DNA from: Monocercomonoides exilis PA203
Taxonomy: Eukaryota > Protista > Preaxostyla
Assembly (NCBI GenBank): GCA_001643675.2
Contig: LSRY02000010.1
Coordinates: 930,001-994,000, forward strand
Direction: 5' to 3'
Length of the DNA: 64,000 bases
Shown here: piece after piece, positions 12,801 through 26,615 of the stretch
Position numbering within the stretch: the first letter of the stretch is position 1
Layout: every line of letters begins with the position of its first letter
Position numbers and translations under genes: made by a program
Notes under the pieces: model-generated
Databases searched by the model: none
Told to the model about the DNA's origin: nothing
The model's input: the letters and a program-made list of their open reading frames with translations, nothing else

Positions 12801-15800
12801 ATTTGCTTCTGAAGATCGCATTCGAACTGGTTATGCAGGGCTTATTAACCCTCGTAATGTCTGTTATATGCTGTCCTTCTTGCAGCAGCTGTTTATGCAT
12901 CTTCCATTCCGATATACTGTTCTTTCATATCCAATGCAGGTTGATCTTCTGATGCAGAAAAAGGGATTGTCGCTTGAAGAAGCAAAGGATTATCTTGAAT
13001 TGAGAGAAAGAAAATATGCACTGAGAGTTGAAAGAGAGAAAAAACGAGATCAGGCCAAGCAAGAAAGAAGGAAATTGGAGAGAGAACGCGAAGAAAAAGC
13101 GAAGAAAAGACAAAAACGAAGAGAAGCGCAAGCAGCCGCTGCAAATGGAGGAGCAAATCCAGCCAGTGACCAAGCTGCTGCCTCCTCATCAGCTGCAACA
13201 AGTGTGTTAGTTGTGCAAAAGGATCCCGAAAGAGAATTCCGCTCGAAGACTCGAGATCAGCGCAGACGCAAGCGCATCAAGGAGCACACCGATGCTGCTA
13301 CGTGGGAACATCTGCGAATGCTGTTTGCACAGATGCAGGAGACAACTCGTCCGGCAGCAGACACGCGAGATTTCTTGCTTCATTACACACAGCCTGGCGG
13401 AATGAATGTGGTGAATGTGAGCGAGCAGATGGATGTGGAGGAGTTTCTGGGGCAGTTCTTCGACAAGCTGGAGTCGTTTTTGTCTGTGCAACAGCTGCCA
13501 AATGTTGTTCAAGTATTCTTTGGAGGGCAGTTTACTCATCAGTTTATCTGTGAAAAAGGTCATGTGAATGAAAGAGAAGAGCCATTCTTTGTGCTGAGCT
13601 GCGATGTGAAGCAGAAGAAGTCGCTGGAAGAGTCGCTTCGTCTTCTTGTCGAAGGAGAGACACTCGACGGTGACAACAAGTATCAGTGCGAGAAATGCGG
13701 AGAGGCTGTGAAGGCTGTGAAAAGAATGGTGATTTCGTCGCTTCCCAATACGTTGTTTGTGCATTTGAAGCGTCTTGATTTCAACTACCAGCAGATGATA
13801 AGGGTGAAAATAAACGATCGGTTTGATTTCCCATTGAAGGACTTGAATATGGCACCTTACTCGAAAGAGGTGTTTACTGCGAGAGAGTCTGCAATTCCAA
13901 AAGAGAAGCTGTTTGAATTTGTGCAGAGAAAATTAGCAGAGCAGGAGAAAGAAGCAGAAGGAGATGCTAAAAAGGATAAAGAAAATGATAAAGACAAAGT
14001 TGAGAGCAAAGAAAGTAATGATCCAAAATCTCCTCCACCATCTTATTCTCCGTTCCAATCAATGACACCTCCGAATGGATCAAGTTCTGGTTCGAGTTCG
14101 GGCTCAAGTTCGTCTTCTTCTTCGATAAGGGACAACTCGTATTACACGTACAATCTTGCGGGTGTTGTTGTGCATAGAGGCACAGCAGAAGCAGGGCATT
14201 ACTACTCATTCATTCAAGAAAGGCAGCCACCATTCAAATGGCTGTGCTTCAATGATTCTCACGTTGAACCATTTGATCCAGCGGATATTGCGGATTCCTG
14301 CTTTGGAGGAGAAGAAGTTTTCTCTTCTGAAACTTATTGGAGTGCAGGTGGGATGGCTGAGAAAGATGCATCGGCTTATTTGCTGGTATATGAGCGAGTG
14401 CATCCACTGAACGAATGGGAAAAGAAAAGAAAGGCAGAAGAGGAAAGAATGGAAGAGGAAAGGAAACTCAATTCGGAAGAATTGACTTTTGGAGAGAAAG
14501 GATCTGATGGTGCATCCGAAAAGGAAATAAAGAAAAAGAGGCAGATGGAAGAAAAGGAAAGAGTTGTTCAGAAGACTGAAGAGGAGTTCAAAGCAAGGCA
14601 GCTATCAAAGGAAAAAGATGCAGCAAGTTCTAATGATGCATCATCGTCATATGCAGGAATTTCTTCTTCTTCTTCAGTTGATGTTGGCTCTTTATCTCCA
14701 ACATCTGTTCATAGTGTGTTGGAAGGTGGCAGCGGGGAAGAAGAGGATGGCGAAGCCTTAGGTGCGACTGACTTGACCAAGTTGCATCTTTCGCGCGAAA
14801 TAGGACCGCTTCTTCCAGATCCTGCCACTGAGCAGCCGAATGCAGCAGCATCTTCTTCTTCTTCTTCTTCCTCTTCCTCTGATTCATTGGCAGGAACATT
14901 AATCACAAGCAAAATCAAAACTCCTGGGTGGGAGCAGAATGTTTACTCTGACGACTCTTACAGAGACACAGCGCTGACAAACAATGGATTTGTTGAGGAT
15001 GACGAAATAAGCAACAAGAATGAGATGGACGGAGATCTCGGACTGGATGACCCATTCGGCATGTCTGCCTTTGGCGATGACATGGACTCTGATTTGCTTC
15101 TTGCACTGCAGCTGAGCATGCAAGATCAGCAGACAAGCAGCACTTCCTCGTCTTCTTCAGGTTCTGAAGGAACAGACGCTGGAAAGGGAGATGATGAGAA
15201 TGACGACGAAGAGGACGAGCCACTTGAGGAAGTGCCAGAGTCTGAGTTGACAGAAGATTCAGAAGATCCAATTCCTGAAGAAGCGCTGATTAAAGAAGCA
15301 AAGGAAAAAGAGAAAGAGAAAGAGAAAGTGGATGACGAAGATGCTGATAAAGAAACTCCATATCAAAAGTTGCTGACCGCTTATCTCCCTCATTTTTCGT
15401 TGACTCATCCTTCGCTTTCAGCATCAGAAGCAAGAAGGCTCATTCCAACATACATTTTAGATCCAATTGAAGCAGACAACCGTCTGCTTAACAGAGAAGC
15501 ATACTTCTTATCTCTTTCGTATGCAAATGCTTTCCATGATGCATTTACTGTGCTGAATGCTGCTGATGTGATGAATGTGAAAGAAAAGTTGGAGAAAAAG
15601 GACAAATGGAAGAAAATGTTGTTGCAACTTGATAAAATCAAATCTTCTGTTGATATGAAGGAGTTAGCTGAAAGTCTGGATTCGTCTGAAGTCAGTGGGA
15701 ATAATGTGGATCAAGAAACTGACTCATGTCAAAGCAAAAAATCCAATAAAAGAGAAAGAATTGAGTTTGCAAAGCAGAGGATTGCAGAACATGAAGCAGA

Positions 15801-18800
15801 GCTATTGGATCTTTCTGAAGAGTTAAAAGGAATGATCAATGCAGAAGTGACGGAATGGAATGATTTAGACTGGTCTTCGTTTAACTTGTGCTCGCTTCCA
15901 GACTTGCGCAAATTTGATGCAAAGAAAAGCAATAAAGCAGGAAATAAAATGGAGGAAGAGCCAGTTTGCAGTGAATGTTCATCTGATGATTCTCACACAA
16001 CAACTCCTGCATCGTTCTTTGTGTCTTGGCTTTTGTTTTTGCTTCGCATTCATGCCCATGCGAAAGAAAAGCCGCGATTCATTGAATGGATGATGGAGTG
16101 CGAGGGTCTATTTGCACGTCATCCTTCTGTCTCACTCAGCTTCCTTGCAGAGCTGGTGAATGAATGGATTGACGAGAAAAGAAACAAAGCAGTTGAAGCT
16201 CAATTGAAAGAGGAAGAAAAGAAAAAGAACTCCTCCACTGGCTCGTCTTCTCTGTCAGTTTCTATCCTCACTCAACAAAATGATGAAGCGCCTCCTTCGC
16301 TTCTTACGCAGTTCTTGTTCGACTGCCATTGCATTGCCACTCGTACTGCTTTCTGTCGACTTCTTCTGAGTGCACTGGCTTCAACACTTGAGATTGTAAT
16401 TGAATCTGAAGAAGCAAAGAGATTCGAAGCTGAAGAATTTCAAGAGATCGAAGAGACAGAGAAAATGGCAAAGTTGATGGATCAAGCAGAGCGGATGACC
16501 GAGGAAGAGAGGCAAAAACTTATTGTGCGTTCGCGATTGTTTGTTCATTTTCAGCTTTATCCAGACGAACTTGAATGGGCAAAGGAGAATCCAAAGAGAG
16601 ATTATCCTGCTCTTGACAAAGACCGAAGAGAAGGGCTTTGTGAAATGCTTTCAATTACACCAGAGCAATTGAAGGACTATTTCAATGAATTAGAAAAGGA
16701 GAAAATGGAAAGAATGTCAATGGAGTTGGAGTCGTCAGAACACAGCCAACAAATTTCAAAGATTGATGACAATGGAGCAGATGTGAATGAAGATGATGAA
16801 GCAGAAGATTCCCTTTCGCCTATTAAGATTCCAGACCCATCAGAAAAGAGCGAGCTTGCTGTTGTGTCGTTGTTTGTGCTGGTTCTTCTTGATCTTTTGG
16901 CTGGTCAGCAGCAAAATGCACCGTTGTGGGTGCCTGTGATTATAATGTTCAAGGACTTTGCATTGCTTTCACCACACGCAGCAGGCATTCTTGTTTCGCA
17001 CTTCTTCACGCAGCGTATTTCTGACTTTTTGCAGGGAGATAAGTCTTTCTATCCGTGGGGCAAGCAGAAAGTGAGCTCAATGTCATCAACTGCAGCAAAG
17101 CAGGTGCTATCGATACCTGTTACTGGAAATGAGCACTTTACGACACTTCTAGCTGAAAGTGTGGCTGCTGTCTGCTGCTCTGCTTCTGCTGGACTGCCGG
17201 TGTATTGGCAGAAGCGTTTATTGTCTCTATCAGCACATCAAATGGAAGATCTTTCCATTCCGACGATAAACAGAGCATATCAAATACCTTCACCTTCAAT
17301 CAACAACTTGTATTCATCGACGAATATGCCAACTGAGATTAAAGGCGCCTCCCGGCTGCCTCTTTTGCATCCATATTCTCTTTTGCCAATGGACTCATTT
17401 GTGGCAGATGTTCTTCAAAGGCTAAATATTGAACGAACTGTTTCAGTAGCAATTGTATGTGCCTGCAGGAGTCATCCAAAGGAAATGCTGAAGTGGGGAC
17501 AATGGATGATTCACCTGATGGACGCTATGAGGTATCCGATCCACTATGTCAATGTTTTCTTAGATCTTCTTGTAACTCCATGTTTGAAACCTATATATTT
17601 CAGTGATGAAGAGAGAGAGAAAGAAGAGGAGGAATGGAGCAGAGAAAAGAAGAAATGGGAATATGTCAGATCTGCCAGAAAAGAAAGAAAAATGGAAAAG
17701 GATTCATCGGAAGAAATAATTGTAACTTCAAGTGAAGATGAATGTTTAGATTTAAACTGTGGAGCTGTTGATGAAGAGGAGGAAGACAAAATGATGATTG
17801 GAGAGTTTGATAAGAACTTGCTGAAATGGTGGAAGACCAGCAAAGATATCCGAAAGAACGAAGAGTTAAATGAAAAAGATGAGAGTGAAGACGAAGAATT
17901 GGACAGATTGCTCTCAAAATTGACTCATAATGATGGAAATAACGGTGAAATGAATAGTAACTCCTCGAATACTGAAGATGATGACTTGCCAGATTTATCT
18001 TCAATCACGTCTTGTTCTTCAAAAACGGATAGATGTACCAAATCTGATGAAGGAAATTTTGCAACAAAAGAAAAAGAAGAAGATCCTGAGCATTCCATCG
18101 CATCTCCATTCACGTCAGCTCTTGTTTCGCTTCAGACACGCCTCTGTCACTACTATCCCCTATTTACAGAACTGAAATATTTCCTAACAACTATTTGCAA
18201 ATCTGACTGGAGTCCCATTGTAAGCCATCCGCTTAATGCGTTTTCTGCTATCTGCAGAGAAAACAGCACTTTTTCACACTTTATAACTGGTGCATGCGAA
18301 AGATTTCTCAAAGATCCTGAAGAGAAAAGCAACTCAAGTGACGATAAAGCACAAGAAAGAGAGAAAGTTGAAGGGAAAGCACTTAGCTCAACAGAATCTG
18401 CAGATGTCAAATCAAAGACAGACGGTGCTTCATCTTCAACTGACAAGGTTGAACTTTTCAAAAATCCGTTTGACACAAAGTCACACACGCCATTCCCTCC
18501 GTTGATTACAACATCATCGTGTAAGTCTGCATCGAATGGAACAGAGCAGTCTGGCAATTTTGCTGATCCCCATTCTGTTGGAGTGGAGATACTAACATTG
18601 CTTGCTCAGGCCACTTTTGAGCAGAATGGCTTCAATTTGAGAGAAGCAGCTGCCCGCTGCCTTCGTGTGGCAGTGCTTGCAACAAATGGAAAGGAGAATG
18701 AAGAAGATGTGATGTGGGTAATGAAGCTTAAAGAAACACATTTGAAGGAAAAGGCAAAGAATATTAAGAGAAAAGAAATGAATTTCCAATCTTGTACACA

Positions 18801-21800
18801 AGGTGGATCTGAAGCAACATATTATAAATCTGTTTCGACAATTCCAACGCTATCAGAGGTAAAGAAGCAATGGGCTTCTTTGCTTCCGTTCCCATTGCGT
18901 TCATCTTTTCTGCATCCAGAGGCATATTCATTTGAGCCTTATCTTATTAAAAACGAAGAAAAGGAGGAAGAAGACAAGAACAAAACTGGAAAGAATAGCA
19001 GCGATCAAGATGAATTTGATAATTGTAGCGCTTCTTCAAAGAAGCCACTATTTGATTCTGAAGTTCTGTCTGTACAAGACGAATCTGGTATCACTCTTTT
19101 CCGAATGAATGAGAAAAAAACAATGAATGAATATCTCTTTTTGAACAATCCAATGCTTAATGCATATTCAACATATCCAAGAGTCATTGATCAGCCATAT
19201 TATATGAGAGAATTTGTTGAAAACCAAAAAACAACCTCATCAAAGCGTTTCTCTTTTGAACCATTTTCTCATGTTCCTCTTGTTGAATCATCAAAGTCGA
19301 CTTCGCTGCCCCCTCCTTCAAATGATGTGTCTCACCTAACTCAGAATGACTATCCGTGGAATGCATTCTGCCTTCAGACATTCAACAAGGAATCGGCATA
19401 TCAAAACTGCGACAAGGAACTTGTTGATGACAGAGCACATGGCTCGTTGATGATGCTTTATTCAACACCATTTGACTTAAAGCCGACAGCACACTATGTT
19501 TCTCCAATTGACATACTGCTCAGCCATTTGCCTGATGCAAAGCAAGGCGCAGAGAAGGCATTAGCAAAGCAATGGCTGGATGCAAACAAACAGGTTAGTC
19601 AAAAAGATGCTGCAACTATGATGAAAGCTTCAACTCCCCTAAACATTAATTTGGATGGAAACTCGCATGTGGATTCTGCAACCAATGAATATCCAATCTT
19701 TGAGCATTTGGTATTTAATGTACTTTCTGTTTTACTTTCACAGCTTGATAGCAGAAAGGTGATGGAGGTGCGTGATCAAAGTGATTTGAGAAGAGATCAG
19801 TTGTTCTACAATGATACGACAGAAGTTGTTATTCGCAGCAATTGGAAGATGACTTCATTTTTGGCGCTTCTTATTTGGTTTGCGCGCGACATTCCTGAAG
19901 AAAAAGATGCAGAAGATACAGCAAAAAGCAAAGATGAATCGTGGAAGAAGTGCTTGGATATCGTGAAAAATCAACCAGGCTCCGAGAAAGAATCCACATT
20001 CCTTTCAGAAGGCATGGGAATCAATCCGTTTGCTAAGTTTGTTACACCTAAAGCTCAGACAACGAATCAGTCGTTGTCGTCATGCTTGTCAGTGCAGCCA
20101 GCACAAAAGCGAAGAATAGGCTTCCAGGCAGTTGCCGCTCGCCTTCCGCAAATTGTAGAGCTCATGCGGAAAGTGAATCGCTCTGACAACTCTGCAAACC
20201 TCAACGTTCTTTCTGCCGTCCAGTTGGTGGACATGATCACTGGAAGAGAAGCGCGCTGCTGCGAATGGATGCTGCGTGCGTCTCCGTTGCTGTTTCCTGG
20301 TTTCAGCTTCAAAGAGCTGCCTGTGCTGTCATACTTCGCCGCAGACAATGATAAAGTGTTGCTGCAGAGTGATGAAATGTTTTATGCTGCATTTGGGATG
20401 TTTACAAATCTTGTTTTGTATTCACAATACAAAATGAAGAACGATTCAGCTGCACATGGAAATCAATCAACAGCAGATTCTCAAGATTCGCTGTCTCCAC
20501 AGCAGGCACTGGAAACATTGAAGCAAACACTTACTGATACTACACCATTAGAGCAGCTTGTGATACATAATTACACTTGCTTCGCGTTTGGTCGAGTTTT
20601 TGGATATCCTCCTTCATTCCCTCGTTCTTATCCGATTGTGAAGGCATTCTTCTTGAATGCCATTGAGCAGAATGTTGGAGCACTGGGCAGGGAAATTGAG
20701 ATCCTGAAAAAAGACAATGAGAGAAAGCAGTCGAAGGATAAAGGAATCTCAAAGGCTGAATCAACAAAGAATGGACAGCAGAAGACTGCTTCCTCTGATA
20801 ACTCTCAAAGTTCCTCCAGTTCATCGCAATCCTCTCTTGACGATAAAGATTCTTCTTCCTCTTCATCTTTGACTTGTTCTCAGCTTGATAAAAAATATGA
20901 AAATGCCTCTTCATTTCTTCAGTACACCATTGTTAAACTTTCTGATAAATTTATGTCGTTGAGATGCCAGAAGATATCTGTACCAATTACAATGTTCTTT
21001 AAAACACTTCTTTCTGAGCAAGCACCAAAGCTTTATTCATTGATTGCATCGTCTCATCGCTCGTATGTCCAAATTCCTTCAGATGCAATATGCCCAGTAT
21101 TTGCTCTGTCGCCCTCAGATGCTGCTTCAATCACTTCGCCTTTGTTTAGAATTCCTTTCCATAATTCATCTCTTCTTCATCTCCTGATTTCATCTAATGC
21201 TTCTTTACAACAAACATTACGACCATTTACGTTGCCTTGCTCTGATTCATTGCGACGGGCATTTGTTACGACTCTTCTTTGCGACTCTCGCAAGATATTC
21301 AAACGAATTATTACCAGAGCAAATGATGAGGCGTCTTCGTACTGGCTTGCATACAACTGTTGGGAAAAGAGCACGATCCATCACGCTGCTGTGTTCACTG
21401 CAGATGTGATTGATACAGTTGTCAAAGAATGGGCGTTGATGCAAAGAGATGTGAATCGTTCAGCAGACGCTTCAAAAATAGAGGCAACAAGCATTGGATC
21501 AAAAGAGAATGAAGCACAAAATGAAAGAAAAGCAAACGAAGACAAAGATTTGACAATAGCATTTGATTCGATTGTTCATTATAATTCTGTTCAAAATGGA
21601 AACGCAATTGAAGTTGAGCACGGTGTGATCACTGGAAGCGATTTGGTGAACAGATTGTCTTCGAACGATATTAAAGATATTGTGGAACTGTGTCTGAAGC
21701 TTCTTTCTTCAATATATCCGTTGCAAATGCGTCTTCGTAGTTTGCTTAGTCTGTCAACCATTTTCTCGGCTATGCCTTCTATTGCTGATGATGTGCTTGG

Positions 21801-24288
21801 TGCACTGGCTGAATATCTTTCGTGCACGTATCATGTAAAGATCACTGAAAAAGGATTCATCTCAAAAGATGCAAGTTATTCTTCTGAAAGCAACACTCAG
21901 TCTAGCGATGCTTCAACAACAGAAGAGCATTCTACTCACTCTTCTGCTTCTGAATCTTCATCTTCGTCCTCTTCATCTTCGTCATCATCTTCTTCATCGT
22001 CTATTTCTTCACAACAATTCACTCGATCACCATTTCATGCTCCACATACAAAGGGAGGTGAAATAGATGCTGTTCCTTTGCCAAGTATGGAACAATCTTC
22101 TGATTTCTCATCTTCATCAGTCTCAGAGCATATGTCTTTCTTAATGCAAAATGAAATGCCTAATCTCTCGCTGATTGCGGACGCAATTAATGAAAATTTG
22201 CCTTCAGGTGCTCCTCCTCCTCTTCCTTCATCAAGCAGCGCATTGGCATCTGTGATGCATCATCCCGGAAGTAAAGAGAAAGTCGAGCGATTGAGTGGAG
22301 TGAATGGCATTCTTAATGCACAGTCTCGCAGTCACAATCAATATGCTGCTTCTGGTTTGGCGCAGAGCCCAGAGCCGATTGAACAGGAAACGCAAGACTA
22401 TGACATGGTGGTTCATAGCAAAGGTGATGCGTTGCAGCATCATGGCACTGAAGAAGAAACAAAGAATGGCAATATTTCAAAAGGAGGGAATAAGAATGTT
22501 GATGATAAGTTTGGAGCATCCTCTTCGCTGAGTGATAAAGACAAAGAAATTCTGAGGTTAACAGATCCGAAGTTTATCGAAGGAAAAGGATTATCAATTC
22601 CAAAGGATGTTATTTCAGATGAAAGTTCTGTTTCTTCTGAAGATGGTGACAAACATCATAACGGTAAGGATAAAGAGGAGGAATGCTTAATTCCAGGATT
22701 TGTTAAAGCATCAGAAATAGATAAACAACATTCATCTTCTAAAACATCTTCTTCTGCTTCTTCTGCTTCTGCTTCTGTATCGTCTTCAATTTGCGGAAAG
22801 CCATGCTTTTCTTTGGATGTATCGATGCCGCCTGAATCAGTTGCTATTATGATTAATCCAACACATCACAGCCTTTCTGACTTCGTTCAAAGTGTATTTG
22901 AAGCTCTATTCGCTAATGACTCAAAATGTAATCAGGACGAAACAGATAAGAAATCTATTTGTGTTCCTCTTTTGTCTCATCTTTTGTACGATGAATCAGA
23001 AGCCAACATCATTAACAAAATTGAAAAATTCTGTGATCTTTCTTCTGTCCCTTCGTCCCTTACAAGTGTTCTTGATTCATTAATCTCCTCGCCAGAAATT
23101 TCCAACTGTTTCTTCATTCATCCTTCAACTCCGATTCTTTCTGCTCCAAAATCTCTTCAGACACCTCAATCGACATGCAACTGCAGCAATTCTAAAAAAT
23201 GCTCTCTCCACAGCATTTCTCCGTTTATAGAAAATATTAGTTCTGTTTTCAATCCTGTAAAGAATGAACAAACTTCGTTTTCTTCTTCAACAGCTGAAAA
23301 ATTGCAATCCACCGAATTGAGCGAGCTGCCTTTCGCTACTTTAATGGAGTCAGATTGTGAATCACTGTCGTTTGATATTCGTCTTGTTGCTGCTTATGTC
23401 GTGTCGACTACAGCTCTTTTGCGTGCAGTAATAGGACGTTGGTATGCAGATCGTGAAAAAACTGCTCGGCTGCGAAAGATTATGGAATCTATTGCTGCTA
23501 TGAGAGTGCAGAGAGACGAAAAAGAAGGTGCTTCAAAGAATGATGATTCGAATGCGAGCCAGTTACTTGCTCAGAATGCAAGAAAAACCATTGCAGTTGG
23601 AGTCTGTGTATGTGAGTTGCTTTTGGTGCATTTGTATCAGTTTGCGTCTAATGTTGTGAAAGAATCAATATACAGCGACTTCAAAAAAGAGCTTGATGAA
23701 GAAGAAGATAAAGTTGGTGGATATGAGATGAGCGTACCACAAAAAGAAGACGAAGATGAAAGCAGCAGCGAAAGCGGCACAAGCACAGAAAAGGATTCAG
23801 AAGAGTATGACGAGGAAGAAGACATTGAAGAGATGTTTAGATTTGAATCTAATGAAGAAAAGATGATTCGGATAGCAATCAAAGAATCTTTAAAAGAAGA
23901 GAAAATCAGAAAGAGAAAGGAAAAAGCAGAACAGAAAAAGAAAGATAAGGAAATGAAAAGGAATGGAGCAAATGAAACACTTTTCAAAAATCCAGATTTT
24001 GAGTATCACAAAAACAGAAGAGATTCGTTATTGATTCTTCTTTCACTAATCTCTCAACAAGCGTCACGAATGGATTCTTCCGGAATTAGTAATGAAAAGT
24101 CGTTTAACATGAAAAGCCCAGCACAATTTCCATTCCCTCAGGCTGTTGCTGACTCATTAATTAAGTATATTCAATCCACACTTTCATCACAAGTGAAGAT
24201 AAACATGCTAAAAGGGATCAATATCTCAAATGTTCAAAGTTCCTCTCCTGAAGCCAAATTACAAGACCAAAAGGAAATTGAACATTAA
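3845..24288 (+). CDS. Giant ubiquitin-specific protease (peptidase C19, USP9/USP24/USP34-like), ~6771 aa; exons 3845-4001, 4072-4216, 4275-24288
   Basis: Cys box GYAGLINPRNVCYMLSFLQQLF (Cys codon 12862-12864), QMDVEEF box, zinc knuckle C..GH...CEKC, LPNTLFVHLKRLDF, His box VVVHRGTAEAGHYYSF (His 14197-14199), WLCFND and AYLLVYER. A ubiquitin-like segment lies at ~9208-9420. N-terminal LEKRLEGI motif resembles USP24/34. Two GT-AG introns keep the frame and the summed length is 20316 nt (divisible by 3). Confidence 0.9.
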
Positions 24289-25085
24289 CATTGTGATTCA
24301 AATGTTTCTGCTCTTTTTTTTTCTTTCTTTCTTTTTTCTTTTTCTTTTTCAAAAAATATTCCAGTTTCAAAATGATTTTCAATGAAGTTTTTTATTCGTG
24401 GTTAAAACCTATGCTGAAATTTAGTGTATTGTTGAGAATTTTAAATTTCAGTACTTTCAATTGTATTTTATTTATGTATCACCAAAGATACTGATGTTTC
24501 CAGATTTTGAAGATTTTTTCTGATTAAAGTTACTTTTTTATGTCAAGTTGCAATTTGGAATTTGAATATTGTTCTATCCATTGGCTGATATTTCATAAAG
24601 AACATATTTCTTTTTCAAATTTTGCTGCTTAAAGAAAAAAATTTTTCCTTTTATTTTCGATTTGTTGTTCTTTATAATTTCTTGAGACTGTAACTGTTGA
24701 TGCTTCGGATTATTTTCCTTGCATGTTTCTCGTCATTTGTATATTTGTTTGAAATTTTTCTCAATAACCATGCATATGGAAATTGACTTACAACATCCAT
24801 GACTTTTTGTTCCATATTTAAGTAATTTCTCAGCCAGTTAATAGAAGTTTCAAGAAAAGAAACGAATTTGAAAGGATCAAATTCAAAATTGAATCTGTTT
24901 TTCCACCAAATAATGATTTTGATTTTTGAAAAACAAAAATTGTTTGATTGACTATATTTCAATCCTCTCTTTCTTTCTTTCTCTTTGTCTTCTTCTTCTT
25001 CAATTGATCAGAAGATATAATAATCAAATGCAGAAAAACAATTTTGAAAAACCTTTCAATTCGAATAACCTTATTTTCATTATTA

Positions 25086-26093
25086 GGGTCAACTTTTTAA
25101 TGGGACTTTTTCCCTTATTGGCACTTTTTTTGTTTTTGACTGCCAACTTTCAACAAACGTTGATTGGCTTTCAGTACTTCAAAAAACCTTTTTTACAAGT
25201 TTAACACAATTTATTTACAGTTTGCTTTTTAATTTTTGCTTATTACACATTGAGAAATTACGTTTTTTTGTTAAATTTGAAAGGACTTTTACCAGCCAAC
25301 TAGGCAACGTCCAAGAAATTGGATACATGTTTTGAATAGCAAATACTATTATCTAACTACTTTTAAATTCTTTTTTTTCATAAACATTTTTTTCTTGTTT
25401 TTTTCACATTTCATTTTTTTAACAACATTCTAACATAAAACCGATTATTTCTTTGTTCATATAATGAAATGAAAAAAATAAAAATTTGATATGGAAAACA
25501 AATACTTTAATAATGAAGTGCAGAAAAAATAAAACATTCTCATTTTCTATGTGTCCCTAACAGACAAATGGTGCAAACTCAAAATGATTTTCGATCAAAC
25601 TTATGTAACGAAGCTAAGTTAGAGACAAATAGAAAATGAGAATGTTTTATTTTTTCTGCACTTCATTATTAAAGTATTTGTTTTTTATATCAAATTTTTA
25701 TTTTTTTCATTTCATTATATGAACAAAGAAATAATCGGTTTTATGTTAGAATGTTGTTAAAAAAATGAAATGTGAAAAAAACAAGAAAAAAATGTTTATG
25801 AAAAAAAAGAATTTAAAAGTAGTTAGATAATAGTATTTGCTATTCAAAACATGTATCCAATTTCTTGGACGTTGCCTAGTTGGCTGGTAAAAGTCCTTTC
25901 AAATTTAACAAAAAAACGTAATTTCTCAATGTGTAATAAGCAAAAATTAAAAAGCAAACTGTAAATAAATTGTGTTAAACTTGTAAAAAAGGTTTTTTGA
26001 AGTACTGAAAGCCAATCAACGTTTGTTGAAAGTTGGCAGTCAAAAACAAAAAAAGTGCCAATAAGGGAAAAAGTCCCATTAAAAAGTTGACCC
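25086..26093. mobile_element. 1008-bp foldback/palindromic non-autonomous DNA element; 476-bp inverted arms, 56-bp spacer, TA on both flanks
   Basis: 25086-25561 is the reverse complement of 25618-26093 with ~4 mismatches found by eye. Termini are TA|GGGTCAACTT...AAGTTGACCC|TA. No internal ORF. Confidence 0.85.
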
Positions 26094-26615
26094 TATTTAA
26101 AATATTTGTTGATATGTGAGATATGCAAATTTTGATCTTTATTATTATAATATGAGTTTTTATTTGTTATTTTCACTTCAAATATATTTATTCAACAATT
26201 GAATGTTCTCTTTATTATATGATTGAACAAAAATTTATTTATTTGTTTATGAAAACTACGCCAAAATATGAAAGACTTTATAGAATAATTAATGATGAAA
26301 TTTTAATTTTCATTAGTAATCTCTTTAAGACTCATATGAATCTTTATCATGATAATTATATTTTCGATTATTATGTTCAATAAAATTCAAAACGGTTCCT
26401 TATTATTTTTTTTTTCGATTTTCATGAAATAATTTTTATTTAAATGATGCACCAAATGGTTTTGTGAACATTCTTCCAGAAAAATCAACCAAATAAGTTA
26501 TAATATTCTATTTTTATAATGGAAAAATAGAATATTTTTGTTTTGAACAACAAAAGTGTAAATGATCATGTAAACCATTGTTTTGTTTTAATAAAAAGGC
26601 ATTGTGCAATTAAAA

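Noticed and set aside
4884-23987. Many antisense and alternate-frame ORFs inside the giant USP (likewise in the pseudo-USP)
   Set aside because: Shadow ORFs caused by low-complexity Ser/Glu codon runs; no independent motifs.
25218-25961. Inner TA|CAGTTTG...CAAACTG|TA element within the large palindrome
   Set aside because: The match to the Tc1-like MITE end is only ~12 nt of AT-rich sequence, and the symmetry follows automatically from the palindrome.
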